Origin: Octopus bimaculoides
Lineage: Eukaryota
Length of the DNA stretch: 64,000 bases
Reading direction: 5' to 3'
Assembly: GCF_001194135.2 (NCBI RefSeq)
Contig: NC_068983.1
Coordinates: 36,954,807 to 37,018,806, forward strand
Part shown: in pieces, positions 1-12,583 of the stretch
How positions within the stretch are numbered: position 1 is the first letter of the stretch
How the letters are laid out: every line of letters begins with the position of its first letter
Notes under the pieces: model-generated
Databases searched by the model: none
What the model was told of the DNA's origin: nothing
What the model saw: the letters and a program-made list of their open reading frames with translations, nothing else
Translations under genes and position numbers: made by a program

Positions 1-9
1 ATAAAAGAC

Positions 10-400
10 ACCTTTTCGTGCGGGTGACACGTAAAAGCACCCACTACACTCTCTGAGTGGTTGGCGTTAGGAAGGGCATCCAGCTGTAGAAACTCTGCCA
101 AATCAGACTGGAGCCTGGTGTTGCCATCCGGTTTCACCAGTCCTCAGTCAAATCGTCGAACCCATGCTAGCATGGAAAGCGGACGTTAAACGATGATGAT
201 GATGATGATCCCAGTGCCAGTGGCACGTAAAAAGCACCATCTGAACGTGGCTGATGCCAGCGCCACCTTGAAAAAGCACCCACTACACTCGGAGTGGTTG
301 GCGTTAAGAAGGGCATCCAGCTGTAGAAACACTGCCAGTTCAGACTGGAGCCTAGTGCAGCCTCCTGGTTTCCCAAACTCCAGTCGAACCGTCTGGTGTG
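10..400 (+). mobile_element. Two tandem (GAT)n-tailed SINE/RTE-tail repeats of family A (core GAAGGGCATCCAGCTGTAGAAAC)
   Basis: Core recurs at ~21606-21975 (-), 25940-26190 (-), 30327-30565, 34125-34290, 37520-37700 (-), 41360-41550, 43462-43830 (-), 46145-46338 and 50518-50728. Confidence 0.88.
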
Positions 401-598
401 CTAACACTTTAGTCATTTGTCTAATATAACAATAGCTTAGAAAGAGATTCTGCTTTTAAAAAGTTGGGAAGAAGGCCTGTATTAGGGGTTGACATTTGGT
501 TATATAGATGTGAAAGAAGTGCATTATCGCCACCCCAATGTTTTCAAAAGAAATTTTACTAAAATCAATTCTAATGAACGAAATTGTTTTCTCTTCAG

Positions 599-672
599 AC
601 AAAGCAAGCAAATTGGAAAGAGAATTACTGGAAGAAGTCAAAGACAAAGAGACACCAATGCTGGCAGAGTAA
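599..672 (+). CDS. Probable last coding exon of an unidentified upstream gene: (x)KASKLERELLEEVKDKETPMLAE*
   Basis: Branch-like CTAAT at 571-575 and pyrimidine acceptor ttgttttctcttcAG ending at 598. The phase-1 reading is charged and helical and ends in TAA at 670-672, followed by T-rich UTR-like sequence. The other frames are also open, so the frame choice is an inference. Confidence 0.45.
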
Positions 673-3600
673 ACAATTATGTATTATTGTTTCCTTCAAA
701 ATAAAGAATTTATGTATTATAATCCTGAGTGTTTATTATGGGCTTTTATCTTATTTTCTTTTTAGTACTTTACAGTTTGTTTGTCACAGTAAAGTTCCAA
801 AATCTCTCATCAATTTGGCTTTTTTTTTTTTTTTGACTTTGTTTACATATGTTTTCCATGTTCCTTATTGCTTCCATCATTAATTATGTATTTGGAATGG
901 AAAGTACAGCAAAATGCTAAATGAAACACATCTCGGCACATGCGTGATTGTGTGATTAAGAAGGAAGCTTTTTAACCACACTTGGTTTCAAGTTCAGTCC
1001 CTTTGCATGGTACATTGATTAAATGTCTTCTGTAGCTCTGGGCCAACTATTATTAGAGCTGTAGGTAACTTCATTTTTGAATACATTCTTATGCGGGGTC
1101 TTTGTTGTCTTAAGAGTCCGTCAAGCTAACTCAGCATCGGGAAAATGCCTCTTGGTGTTCCAGCTCTTTACATTCCAAATTCAAATCCCGTTGAAGTATT
1201 GGGGTCGATGACTTCCCTCAGGATTACTGGCCTGTACTGAAATCTGAAGCCATTATTTCGAGTCAATACGCAATTCTTTATTTTGTTATTGATGAGAAAT
1301 TTTAGCTAAACGCGATGTGTATATCACAATCTTGTGAAGAGATTTAATAGACAAACTGAACAAAACGTGTGTGCATGTTCAAATTTATACTTCACTAGAA
1401 TTTGCTGGACTTCAAGAGGTGATTTAGTGTCGATTCCCCTCCCAACAAATCCTTTTCTAGTTTTGTACCTTCAGGGCCGTCTTAGGCTGGACGACTTGCT
1501 CAGTGCTTCGGTATTTTTCATCTAACCCATGGTACCAATGAATAACTATATCAGTGACAAAAAACATTCCCTGGTTGTTGAAATATAAATGTTTAACAGT
1601 CAGAACTTTAAATTGAGACAGTAACATCAACAATCCCATTACCCATTTCCTGCAAATATAAAATAGTAACAACTCTGATCACTTTATCCAGGAAATAAAA
1701 TAGGAATAGATTATATCGTTTTTGGATTTGGCTTGCAAGATTGATGTGAACTTGTGTGTTGAAACATTTTTTTTTTTTGCATATAAGAATATATATATAT
1801 ATGCCAATCATTTACGTGCACAACTGTTCCTACATCCCTTCTATTGTTACTAGTTGATCATGTAACGAATAGTGTTTGATTAATAGTTTGGAATGTCAAG
1901 CGAATTTGGAAATTATACTGCTATAAACCAACTAACCTTGGAACTTCTCGTTGAAGAAAGTTATTCCCCTTGCATATACTTTAATAATTTTCTTTGTCGA
2001 CCGGTGGTTCTCAACTTATGGTCCATGTAAGATTTTGTTCAAATTTGTATACGATACATAGAATATTCTAACGACTTTCTTTTTTATATACAATTCCTAA
2101 TAATATTTAATCATAAAAATATAATAGGATATTTTTTAAATATCGAATGATTCTGTGGATCCATCCTAGTGAAGTAGGAATCGAAGAGATCCCAGCAATT
2201 TTGAGGTTAAGGCATAAACTGGTAACAAACCAGCCGAGTACTTTACTTGTCCTTCATCGAAAGTGTAGGAATGAAAAGTAAAGTTGAATTCAGAATGGAA
2301 AGAGCTAGAACAAACATTGCAAAGCATTCCCCCCGACGCTCTATCGATTTTGCCGGCAACTCAGTTTTATAAGATGTTTGCAAGTCAGCTCTTTCGTAAT
2401 GTTTCATGAAATATCTCCGGGAAATGAATAAGAATATACTATATCTCTTTTCTGTTTCTAAATCTAGGTCACTTGTCTGGTCAATCGCTTCTATTTTGCT
2501 CTTCTACAGAAGAGCAATATCCATTCATATACTGTTTAGGACAGGCTTTCCTGGTAAGGGGAAGAAAGAAGTGAATTTAGCACGGTTAAACAACTTTAGA
2601 TGGGTAAAATTGGTTGATTGGAATCCTCCATTTAATGAGTTTCAGATTTGGCTCAGAATAAGAAAAACTAATATTTTTTATGGAATAAGAATATATATAA
2701 AAATAGATGTGAAGTAAATCTTCTTCCAGGTTGAATCCCACTGCTTGACAACTTGGGCTCACTTACCAACATAAATATTTCCTCTATTTCGTTTAAATTA
2801 ACATCTTTTTTCTTATATCATAAAATTAATCAGAGTTATCTACCTTGCACCGGACTAGTTTGTTTTTTTTTTTATTTTTTTTTTTTTTACTTTTTGTCAA
2901 TGCTACTCCTGACCAGGATCCGCGTGTCTTAAATATCATCGTCATCATTTAATGCCGATTTTCTACACTGGCATGGGTTGGGCAGTTTGTCAGGATCTAG
3001 CGAGCCGCTAAGGTGCATCGAACTCCAGTGTCAGCCATGGCATGGTTTTCACGGCCGGATGCCCCTCCTGTTGCCAAACATTTCATAGAGTGTACTGAGT
3101 GAAAGCTCGTGTCTTTGTGGTTAGAGTCTTCGGCTGACGATTGTGAGACCGTGATTTCGATTACTGGTGGTGCGTTGTGTCTTTGCTCCAGACTTGCAAA
3201 AATGATTTGTATTTCAAAGGGCCAGCCTTGTCACATTCTGTGTCGTACTGAATCTCCCTGAGAAATATGTTAACAGTACTCGTATCTGTCGAAGACTCAG
3301 CCACTTGCACGTTAATTTCATGAGCTGGTTATTCTGTTGACTGGAACATTCATCGTTGTAACCGACGGAGTGCCGGTTATTAGAGAATGGTAGGTGCTTC
3401 TTTTTTCTTCCGTGCCACCGACACTTATGCCTAAAGAATCATTTCGGCATCTTCGAGAGATATTTTAATGATAATTCTCTTTTTAAACAAAAATTATCTG
3501 ATTGTCTTTCATGAAACCAACTTACGTTACGAACAAGTTCCATATGAGAAGTTAATTACATCGTTTGCATATTTCTTGTTATCAATAAGGAAAATTAATT

Positions 3601-3730
3601 CTTGTGTCTGCTCTTCTTTCAAAATTCAAAATACAAACCAAAGTTATGATACTGCCTGATGAAAAATATATCACATTTGCAAATTATTTTATACATTGTT
3701 AATGTATTTTTTCAAAATTCTTACTATTTT

Positions 3731-4664
3731 AATAAGAGCACTCAGAGAGCGCAAACCTCCATCAAGGCAACACCAACGTCCTCTCAACGATTAGCCGGAA
3801 ATTATTTTTAACATGAGAATATCTGAAATAAACCCAACCGCTCTCAAAAACGAAGTAAAGAAAAAAGGGAAAAATAATCCAGAATCCTTGTCCGGTACCT
3901 GATCGATAGACATGGAATGTGAAGGTGGATGTGCGGGCCTTTTTTTAGTCTATCCACTGATATAGTGTCTTTACGACCATTAAGATCTATAGTGAAAAAT
4001 TTATCCGTGCGTGAAAGAAAACGGAAAGGACCTGCATACGGTGCTGTTAACAGAGGTTTAACAACATTGTTGCGCACAAAAATGTGAGTCCAAGAAGTAA
4101 AGCTTCCTTCAAGGCAGAACTAGAAATGCAATTGTTAAGTAGGTAAGAGGTTTTAAACAGGAGCGATATATTCAACATTGGTAAAACTAAAAATTGTTGA
4201 GGATAAATTAAATTTATTATTGTTACTGAATATGTTACTGTTATTTAATTTCTGAATGGTTTTGCTGCCATTTGTTCATATAGTTTGATTTCTTTATCTA
4301 TCAGTTTCTACTAAGATAGAGATGTGAATAAAATTAATAATAGAGAAACGAAAATAAAACTTTGGAAACAGCGACGACGCCAAAATATTACGTGAAAACC
4401 ATGAGCATGCTTTCAAGGGAGATAATCAGAGAAAGACTTGATAGTCAACGTAAGATCGTAATACTTCAAGTAAAATAAAGTAAATATAGCAAATAATCCA
4501 GAATACTTGTCCGGCACCGGATCGATCCCAAAATCTAATCAGTTCGTGCCAGTCATGAGGCCAAGCATCCCTGAAAGTTTCATTCGAATCCATCCAGCGG
4601 TTCTTGAGACATCTTGAAACACAACTGAAAATAATACCTTCGCCTTCGTTAAGGTGGAAGTAAT
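3731..4664 (+). mobile_element. Helentron/HINE-like non-autonomous element, interrupted by an internal insert
   Basis: Starts AATAAGAGCACTCAGAGAGCGCAAACCTCC after a T tract and ends with a CCTTCGCC-ttcgttaa-GGTGGAAG hairpin. A 36-bp internal segment is duplicated (3872-3907, 4491-4526). Family assignment is from recall of similar aquatic-animal repeats. Confidence 0.5.
3915..4110 (-). pseudogene. Ty3/Gypsy integrase C-terminal (GPF/Y) fragment
   Basis: FVRNNVVKPLLTAPYAGPFRFLSRTDKFFTIDLNGRKDTISVDRLK resembles the Gypsy 'PYxGPFxV...T+S+DRLK' module. Confidence 0.75.
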
Positions 4665-5035
4665 AATAAGAAAACCATATAATAATTAAAATAAACGCGT
4701 AGATCAGCCACCAAAGTAAATTTGTTCACGTAGATCACATGGAAAGTAGCACTAACACAAAATAAACTAAAAAGCAACCTAAAGTAATCTCCCTTTAAAT
4801 TGTAGATCACACGGCAAAGTGGCGCGTTTCTTTTTCGTAAGAAATAATGTGAATTTAGTGCTGGTCTCTTGTAAAAATGCAATTGCCTTCTGGTTTCTTG
4901 TAAAAATGCAACTACCTTCGTCTCGTCGCTGATCACATTCTAAAAAATCTTTAGCCAACATCTTACGGGTTTTTAGAAATTGAAAAGTAAACTAAAAAGT
5001 AATCGCCCTTGTAGATCACACGACAAAGTAGCACC
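4665..5035 (-). mobile_element. Rearranged Merlin-like element remnant with several tandem TIR-like ends
   Basis: End GGTGCTACTTTGTCGTGTGATCTAC and the 'ISDETKVVAFL' coding bit match the element at 11625-12137. Four direct copies of GTAGATCA...AAAGT. Confidence 0.65.
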
Positions 5036-5329
5036 CTTTTCACTGTAGGCGCAAGGCCTGAAATTTTGCAAGTTGGGATTAATCGATTGTATTGACTTCA
5101 GTGCTCGACTGATACTTATTTGATCGACCTCGTAAGGATGAAAGGCAAACTCTGATCGTAAACTCGGAAAAAATGCTGCTAAGTATTTTGTCCGACGTGC
5201 TAACGACTCTGCCAACACCCCGCCTTCATCTGTTTATAAATATAGCAGGTCATTTAGCTTCAGATCAGCTCTGTTCAACTAGACGAATATTTAAATGCAT
5301 TTCAGTCTTGGGTATTTGTGTTGAGGAGT

Positions 5330-5703
5330 GGAGGCGCAATGGCCCAGTGGTCAAGGCAGTGGACTCGCGGTCATAGGATCGCGATTTCGATTCCCAGACC
5401 GGGCGTTGTGAAGTGTTTATTGAGCGAAAATACCTAAAGCTCCAGGAGGCTCCGGCAGGGGATGGTGGCGAACCCTGCTGTACTCTTTCACCACAACATT
5501 CTCTCACTCTTATTTCCTGTTTCTGTTGTGCCTGTAATTCAAAGGGTCAGCCTTGTCACGCTGAATATCCCTAAGAACTACGTTAAGGGTACACGTGTCT
5601 GTGGAGTGCTCAGCCACTTGCACGTTAATTTCACGAGCAGGCTGTTCCATTGATCGGATCAACTGGAACCCTCGACGTCGTAAGCGACGGAGTGCCAACA
5701 ACA
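5330..5703 (+). mobile_element. tRNA-derived SINE, (CAA)n-tailed family, full length
   Basis: GGAGGCGCAATGGCCCAGTGGT...TTCGATTCCC head; highly similar to 36402-36793; degenerate TSD. Confidence 0.85.
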
Positions 5704-5803
5704 AAAATGTGTATTGAGGAATAGGGCTTGGACCTTTTCTAAATAATACGCGAACTGAATGCCATGGTCCACCATTGACCCATGCAAGCATGGAAAATGA
5801 TGG

Positions 5804-5839
<36 letters not shown>

Positions 5840-6871
5840 GCAGTTGCTGTCTTTTGCTTTACCTATTGTTATCATTTTATTAATTTTTTTCTATTTTTAT
5901 TTATTTATTTGTTTTTGTTTACATAATACATTGGTGGAAATGGTGGATAAACGGAGAAACCTTTATATGTAGGATGTGCAATATACACACAGGCCGGGAA
6001 TAAATGTAAAAAAAATCAAAATCTCAAAAGTGAGTCATTACAAAAAGAAGTTGACGATTATATTATTCAACGTGTTCTTCATTTTATAAAAACAGTACGT
6101 ATGACTTGAAGAAATATTGACTGCTTTTTCCAGCAAGTTGAGTGACTACATAGAGCAGGCGCATGGGTAACGTTTTTGCAAGAAACGGGCTGCATGAGAC
6201 GTGGAGCAGAAAGTCCCGCGAGCCGCACTAGTAAAAGAAGTCCCGCAAGTTGGCCATGACTGACATAAAAGCACCTCCGTTGTTTTAAAATATACTGTGT
6301 ATCTAGATTCAATGAGGAAGAAGGTCAGATGGACAATACATAGTCATTAGTAATTAGTAAATAAATTAACCATTCACCCAATAATTAATGTAAGGTAGAC
6401 AACCTTCTACTGTTATGTCAAGGTGACGAGAAAATACTGTTTTGTGGTATTTGTTGCGACACATTACATTGTGATTTCAAACCCCGCCTAGGTTACTTTG
6501 CCGTTCATTCCTCCGGGGGCGATATAGTAATATAAAGCATCAGTCTAAGAACTTGTGTCGGAGGTATCGCCTAATCCCCGCGCTTCAGAATTGCTAGCCT
6601 TGTGCCTGAATCAGAAACTATTAAAAACTGCGGGCTGGCAGAATCGTTAGATTGTCAGATGAAATACCACACAGCATTTTTCCTGTTTTTTCGTGTTTTG
6701 AGTTCAATTCTCACCGGGAGTCAACTTTGCCTTTCATTCCACCGAGATCGATGATATCAACTAACTCATTCTCCTCGGAATTAACGGCTTGTGTTTATAT
6801 TTGAAATAATTTTTATAAAAAGCTTTCCACAACTTTCGTTATTTTAAGGTGAAGGTATATGAAATTAATGG

Positions 6872-7931
6872 TGTAGCGTAGACTCGGGTAGAATTCCTCT
6901 CACCCATTTATTATATATACGTGCATTCCAACGTAGCAGGGAACAGGTAGACTTTGGCCGCTATTTGGATCACGTTGCGTCCACTATTCTGATTGGTTGG
7001 TATTGGCGCAATTTGTCTCCTACTCGGTTGTGCCAACTTGCCGCAGACAACCAGCCAGAGGCTCTAAATAGGATCACGTGGAACAGCCTGTTTACTATCC
7101 CGTTTTAACATACAACTCCTTATAAAAACTCAGCTTTTCCTCGCTTCGGGTCTTTGTTTCTAGACCTTTTAAGGTCTAACCTCTGAACACTAAGACACAG
7201 CCAGTTCCAGCGACAACACCATTACCAAAGCAGCTATGTTGAGACTTACCAACTTCGTGACCATGACATTCAACAGCATTGCAGCAACCTCCTTCTTCGT
7301 CGTCACTATCATGTCCTTCTTAATGTCATCAGCATCATCTCTCTACGTACACAGATCAGCAAGAAATTCACCCAGGTTCCAACAGTTCACTATTCGTGAA
7401 GTATTTCACTACAAATTAACAGCGAATATACAACCTGCATTAATTATACCAAGTGACCCAGGCAGCAGCATCACAGCCACGACTTCACGTACGACATGTA
7501 CCTGTAACCGGCTCAGCATTATAGCCACGACTTCTTGATACAGTATTTCAACTACCGTGTACGACTGACTACGAACTGGTATTATTATCTTTCTTGTATC
7601 AATGAACTTCTCACTTCGATGGCTCATGGACGCTTTTACTCTTTTCTTTTTATTGTCATCCTTATATTTACTTAACACGCGCATACATCTATGCCTACGC
7701 ACACATACATTTTGTTCTCATGACGGCTTATCAATTTATTCTGTATACATAACGCACATACAGACACATGTTATCATATCAATAACTGTTATCTTAATCA
7801 TTCTTATGCGGTTGTGTCTCTTTCCATCTAGCATTTATTTGTTCTATTTAATGTCTCTTTTGTAACGGCTGTGTAATGTGGTACAAAAGAGCCATTCTCG
7901 TCATGGGTTTGCTTCTAATTCCAGGCTACCA
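6872..7931 (+). mobile_element. Solo LTR-like element, copy 1
   Basis: TGTAGC start and GCTAC(C)A end, CACGTG at 7075, TATAAAA at 7121, and CAGTTCCAGCGAC shared with copy 2 followed by similar AC-rich and 3' blocks. No clear TSD. Confidence 0.5.
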
Positions 7932-10016
7932 AAAATGTTGTCATGTAATTAGGATGCGTATGTCACAACAACTTTAAATACACATCAATAACACTCTGTA
8001 TACATATATATTCATTCACAATTAGTATTAATTCATTAACGACAATTCATTAGTGCTAATGACATTTCTTGTCACGGAAGACAAGGAAAAGAATTTAGGA
8101 ATTTAAATTTATAAAATGAACAGTGTGCCAGTAGAACAAACGATAAATTAGATAAGTACATGTAACCTGAATAAATGTAAGAACTGACGTTTAGAATAGA
8201 AGTCACTTTTCTTCATGAACATAGTTTATGAATTTTTAATAAGTAGCGCAAATAGTAGTTGTTTCGTTCCAGATCAAGTCTTTGATCAAAGCAGTTCGTG
8301 AGAGTCGAGCAACTTTGTAGAGGCTCATTTGGACAATGCCGTTCATGATATACAAAAGACGAGATGGTCACGGCTAAAGCGTCTTCGAACATAAACAGCC
8401 CAGGATGGGGCTAAAAAATACAATAATGTAATTTCCAGTGTGTCATGTGTGTGAGTCAGGGTTTCATTTCCTAATCGAAGCTACTAACACTTACGTAGCG
8501 AAGACATAGAACATTTAGAAGCAACAAGAAGCACAGCGAATAATCCAGTGGATGTTATGTGTTTTCCTATGGAACATTTAACATGCAGTCACTCAGTTTA
8601 TCAGAAATGGCTTTGTAGTGAAGAAGTTCGCTTCGCAATCACGTGGTTTCGGGTTCAATTCCTTTGGACGGGTGTTTTCTACATAGCTCCGAGCTGACCA
8701 ATAAGTCGTGAGTGAATTTGGTTGACAGAAACTGTAACGAATTCCATGTGTTTGTGTGTTCGTATTTTTCTTCGTCAATGAATGTGTTCGCTGATTGTAA
8801 ACAAAGACCTTTCTATTCAAACAGACGATGACCTTTGCAAGAATTTCACCTCGAAAATATATCTGGGCTCCTTGACATGTTGCGCAATCATTGTAAACAA
8901 AAGGCTCATTCAAACGGTGTTAGCTGCAGTTCTCTGCGTAACGATACCCGGACTGTCCACTGTTTAACAGAAAGGAGTGAATTATTTAATTGTTTGAAAG
9001 TTGACATCAGGAGGGGCATCTGGCCGTAAAAGACTCTGCTCCAGTGCATTCTTGTTTGACGCATGAAAACATGGAAAAGAGGTCGTTAAATCGATAAGGG
9101 TGACATCTAGACCCCAACAAACATATAAAAAAAAATTGGATAGCAACGTCTTTACTATAATTTTTGTCTTCAACGCAACAATCTCCCTTATTATCTCTAT
9201 GGATCTCCCCCGCACCAACGTAAGGATTAACTTTGACTCTTAACGAACCAACAAAACTTTATGTTGAAAACGTGAATAGCCTAATTGGTAAAGTACTCGA
9301 CTACTAACTGAGAGATCTGCAGTTCATTTCTTGTGACTCTCACTGCATTGTCTTTCCGAAAGACACTTCATTTTCAACAGCCAAATATTATTCAGCAAAT
9401 AGTTTTTCAACGGTTGAGTATTATACCTAGTTCGAAGTAGCAGCAACAGAAATAGCAGCCAAATCTTCATCAGATCACATCCTATCGGTATTTTAAAAGA
9501 ATGGAAGAACACATAGGATAATATGATCTCAGATACCCGGCACAAACACAGACAAATAAAGAAGATATGAAAAATACAAACTAACACTAAATAATTTGTA
9601 ACAATACATCGAAAAGTTACATTCACTAACAACTAAATCACAAAGATTTTTCACCTCTGTATATATTTGTTATTAGTTCAAAATAGCAATCTGTGTATCG
9701 TACTGAAAGCAGATACATCGTTGGAAGCCTTGTAAACTGCAGTGTTCGTTTCGAGAAAGTATCTCTCATACATGTATAGTGTTAAAAACATAGAGATGTA
9801 TCACTAGCAGAGGAAACTAGTCCAGCACCAGTAGTAGCGTTACTAAATGCGTATTGCTGCCTCTTTGGGCTTTGTCAGTCGCAAGGATTATTGGTATCGC
9901 ATGCTAAGTCAAAATAATCTGCTACTCACATAGCAAAACAGTGTCTGAAAAAATCACCGGTATCGCAATTGTGTGTGTGTGTGTTACGTATGTATGTATG
10001 TATGCATGTATGTATG

Positions 10017-11127
10017 TGTAGTGAAACTAACACCTCGATCGCCATTATATACAAAGAAGCCATCTTCTCTCGCTGTTATAAATATAATCAAGTTCGGGCG
10101 TAGTAGAAAACATCTTTCTCTGTCATCACATGACTAATTATTATTTGAAGCGGCAACTGCTTCGTACCGTTCCCGCCAGAACGCAAACTGACCAATCACA
10201 GCTCCTAATAAGGTCACGTGATAGTGTTTTTCTAATGTCTCTCTGGAGCCCCTATTTTGCTTTAAATAGACTAAATTATACCCGCCTAATCGTCTCGGTT
10301 CAGTTCTCTTAGAGACCTGTTCCGTGTACCACACAGCAGCAGCAGTTCCAGCGACGACATCAACAGCTTCGTACACCTACGACTACTACCAACATCGCCG
10401 CCAGTCAACACGACACTACGACTACCACCATCGTCACCGCCAGCGTCAACACCACTTCAACTACGAACTACAAGACTCGCCACCGACGTCGCCAACATCA
10501 TCAACATGATTTCTACGTACACCAACTAACCAAACAACCGCGGCACATCTCTCTTCGATTCTGTTTGTGATTCATTTTCACCACGATAAATAACAGACAA
10601 GAACCTAGCCTGCGACGAACATCTGTATTCCAGAACCCGGCTCGGCATGGAAGCCCTAACCTCACGACAAGTGATCGCTCTGCCACACACGCCTCAACTT
10701 CTTACATACAGACTGTTCCTATTGTGTACTCTAAGAACTGGCAAATTTGTATACGTGTTACTGACTCTTTTTATATCTGCTGTATATCACGCATACACAT
10801 ACATGTATCACTTACACACACTCTTTTCTTTATACGACGGCCTGTCTTTTTATTATGTTTTCATTATGTCGCATTCACACTCACACACAGACATACATTT
10901 TAATGTCACAATAAATATTACTGTTATTCATCTCTATCGGTTGTGTTCTATCGTCTTCCTTTACTGGCCATTTACGAATTCACTATGTTATCGAAGTATA
11001 ACATATATTTATATCATCTTTGATATAATTTTTTGTGTTCGACCGTGTGACGCGTTTTAATAAAAGGAGTCCTGTTTTTTCCATTCGTCACCATTTCTCC
11101 TTTTGGGTTCGCACGGTCGTTCTTACA
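10017..11127 (+). mobile_element. Solo LTR-like element, copy 2 (Gypsy-type)
   Basis: TGTA...TACA termini, 4-bp TATG on both sides (within a TATG microsatellite), CCAAT at 10192, CACGTG at 10215, AATAAA at 11059. Confidence 0.6.
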
Positions 11128-11624
11128 TATGTATGTATGTGTATGCGTGTATTTCATGTATGCATGGATACGTGTGTGTGTTTTATGCATGTATGGATGC
11201 GTGTGTGTGTGTTTGTATGTGTGTGTGTGTGAAGACCGTTGCCTAGTGGTTAGGGTATTACACGCAAGAATCGTAGTTTCGATTCCTTGACCGGCTCTCG
11301 TATGTTCCGTTCTTGAGCAAAACACTTCATTTCACGCTACCACAGTCCACTCAGCTGTAAGTCGGTAACTCTGCGACAGACTGGCGGGGTGGCATCATTC
11401 GAGGGCTAAAACAACGCAAGGAAGCGCTGTGTGACTAACGGTGTATAACAACATCCGATAATCAGGTCGATAGAGCGACACGCTGATGTATGCATGTAAG
11501 CGTATGTAAACAAAAATTATGGAAGGGTCATTGCTGGAATGCCTTTTGGTCATCAGTGTGCGTTGACATGAGGCTAAACAACATCAGAGTTGAACCAAAT
11601 TAGATTAGAATGCAAAAACAGTTT

Positions 11625-12137
11625 GGTACTACTTTAGAACCAAACTACAATTTAAAGGGTTTCTTTTTAGTTTACTTTTCAGTTTCTAAAAATCCTAAAG
11701 TTATTGGCTAAAGATTTTTACAATGTGATCGGCGACGAGACGAAGAAAGTTGCATTTTTACGAAGAAATGGCCTTTTAGATGATGATGAAATTGTTGCAC
11801 CATGTCATCGTTGTGGTGGAGAAATGAAGGAAACTCGAAGAGAAGGGGGAAATGGTGCAATTTTACCGACTTTACGTTGCAAAACTCGCGGCCGTCAAAC
11901 TTGTGTGATCTACGCGCTTATTATCACATTGTTTTTTCTTGGTTTATTATTATTATTTACTAAGACATCAGTGAAACATGGTTTTATTATTAAAATAGTA
12001 AAAAAAAAAAAAAAACATTTACAATGTTAAGTATGTACAAAAGAATTTAGAAAGAAATTTAGAAATTGAAAAGTAAACTAAAAAGTTACCTAAAGTAATC
12101 TCCCTTTAAATTGTAGATCACATGTCAAAGTAGCACC
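11625..12137 (+). mobile_element. Merlin (IS1016/ISXO2-like) non-autonomous DNA transposon, 513 bp
   Basis: GG...CC termini (GGTACTACTTT / AAAGTAGCACC), long imperfect TIRs, exact 8-bp TSD AACAGTTT (11617-11624, 12138-12145). Residual ORF DETKKVAFLRRNGLL...CHRCGGEM...LRC resembles the Merlin transposase N-terminal Zn finger. Confidence 0.75.
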
Positions 12138-12456
12138 AACAGTTTATTCTTTTTTAATTTTATTTTCTCTGGCAGAAATGGTCTAAAGAAGATAATGCAA
12201 CAATCATGCTCTTTCCATAAGTAGCATAGCGATGTAAATGAATCATATATGCCTTGATTAAGCTTCAAAACCAGGTTGATTTCGACAATGTCAAGAGTCG
12301 TTTATCTTTCACTTTTTTCAATCATTAGTCTGCGGACATACTTGGGCACCGCCTTGAAGAAATTTTAGTCGAATAAATCGACCCCAGTACTTATTTTCTT
12401 AAAGCCTGGTACTTATTCTATGGGTCTCTTTTACAGAACACACACACACGTACATT

Positions 12457-12583
12457 TAATTGTTAAAGAGGACAACAAACATTAAATCAAGGCAAACATC
12501 TCAAGTCGTTTTCCAATAATGATATTGTATACGACTTGAGATGTTTGCCTTGCCTTAATGTTTGTTGTACTCTTTAACAATTA
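12457..12583. repeat. 127-bp fold-back: 53-bp inverted arms (3 mismatches), 21-nt spacer, TA ends; MITE-like
   Basis: TAATTGTTAAAGAG...CATCTCAAGTCGT versus ACGACTTGAGATG...CTCTTTAACAATTA. Confidence 0.8.

Noticed and set aside
2510-3650. Further minus-strand micro-exons (e.g. KACPKQYMNGYC...) completing a secreted peptide
   Set aside because: Requires choosing weaker splice sites over stronger neighbours; too many degrees of freedom to support.
7931-10017. A single LTR retrotransposon (LTR-2.1 kb-LTR)
   Set aside because: The two LTRs are too diverged, the second has its own TATG flanks, and no PBS, PPT or gag/pol remnant lies between them.
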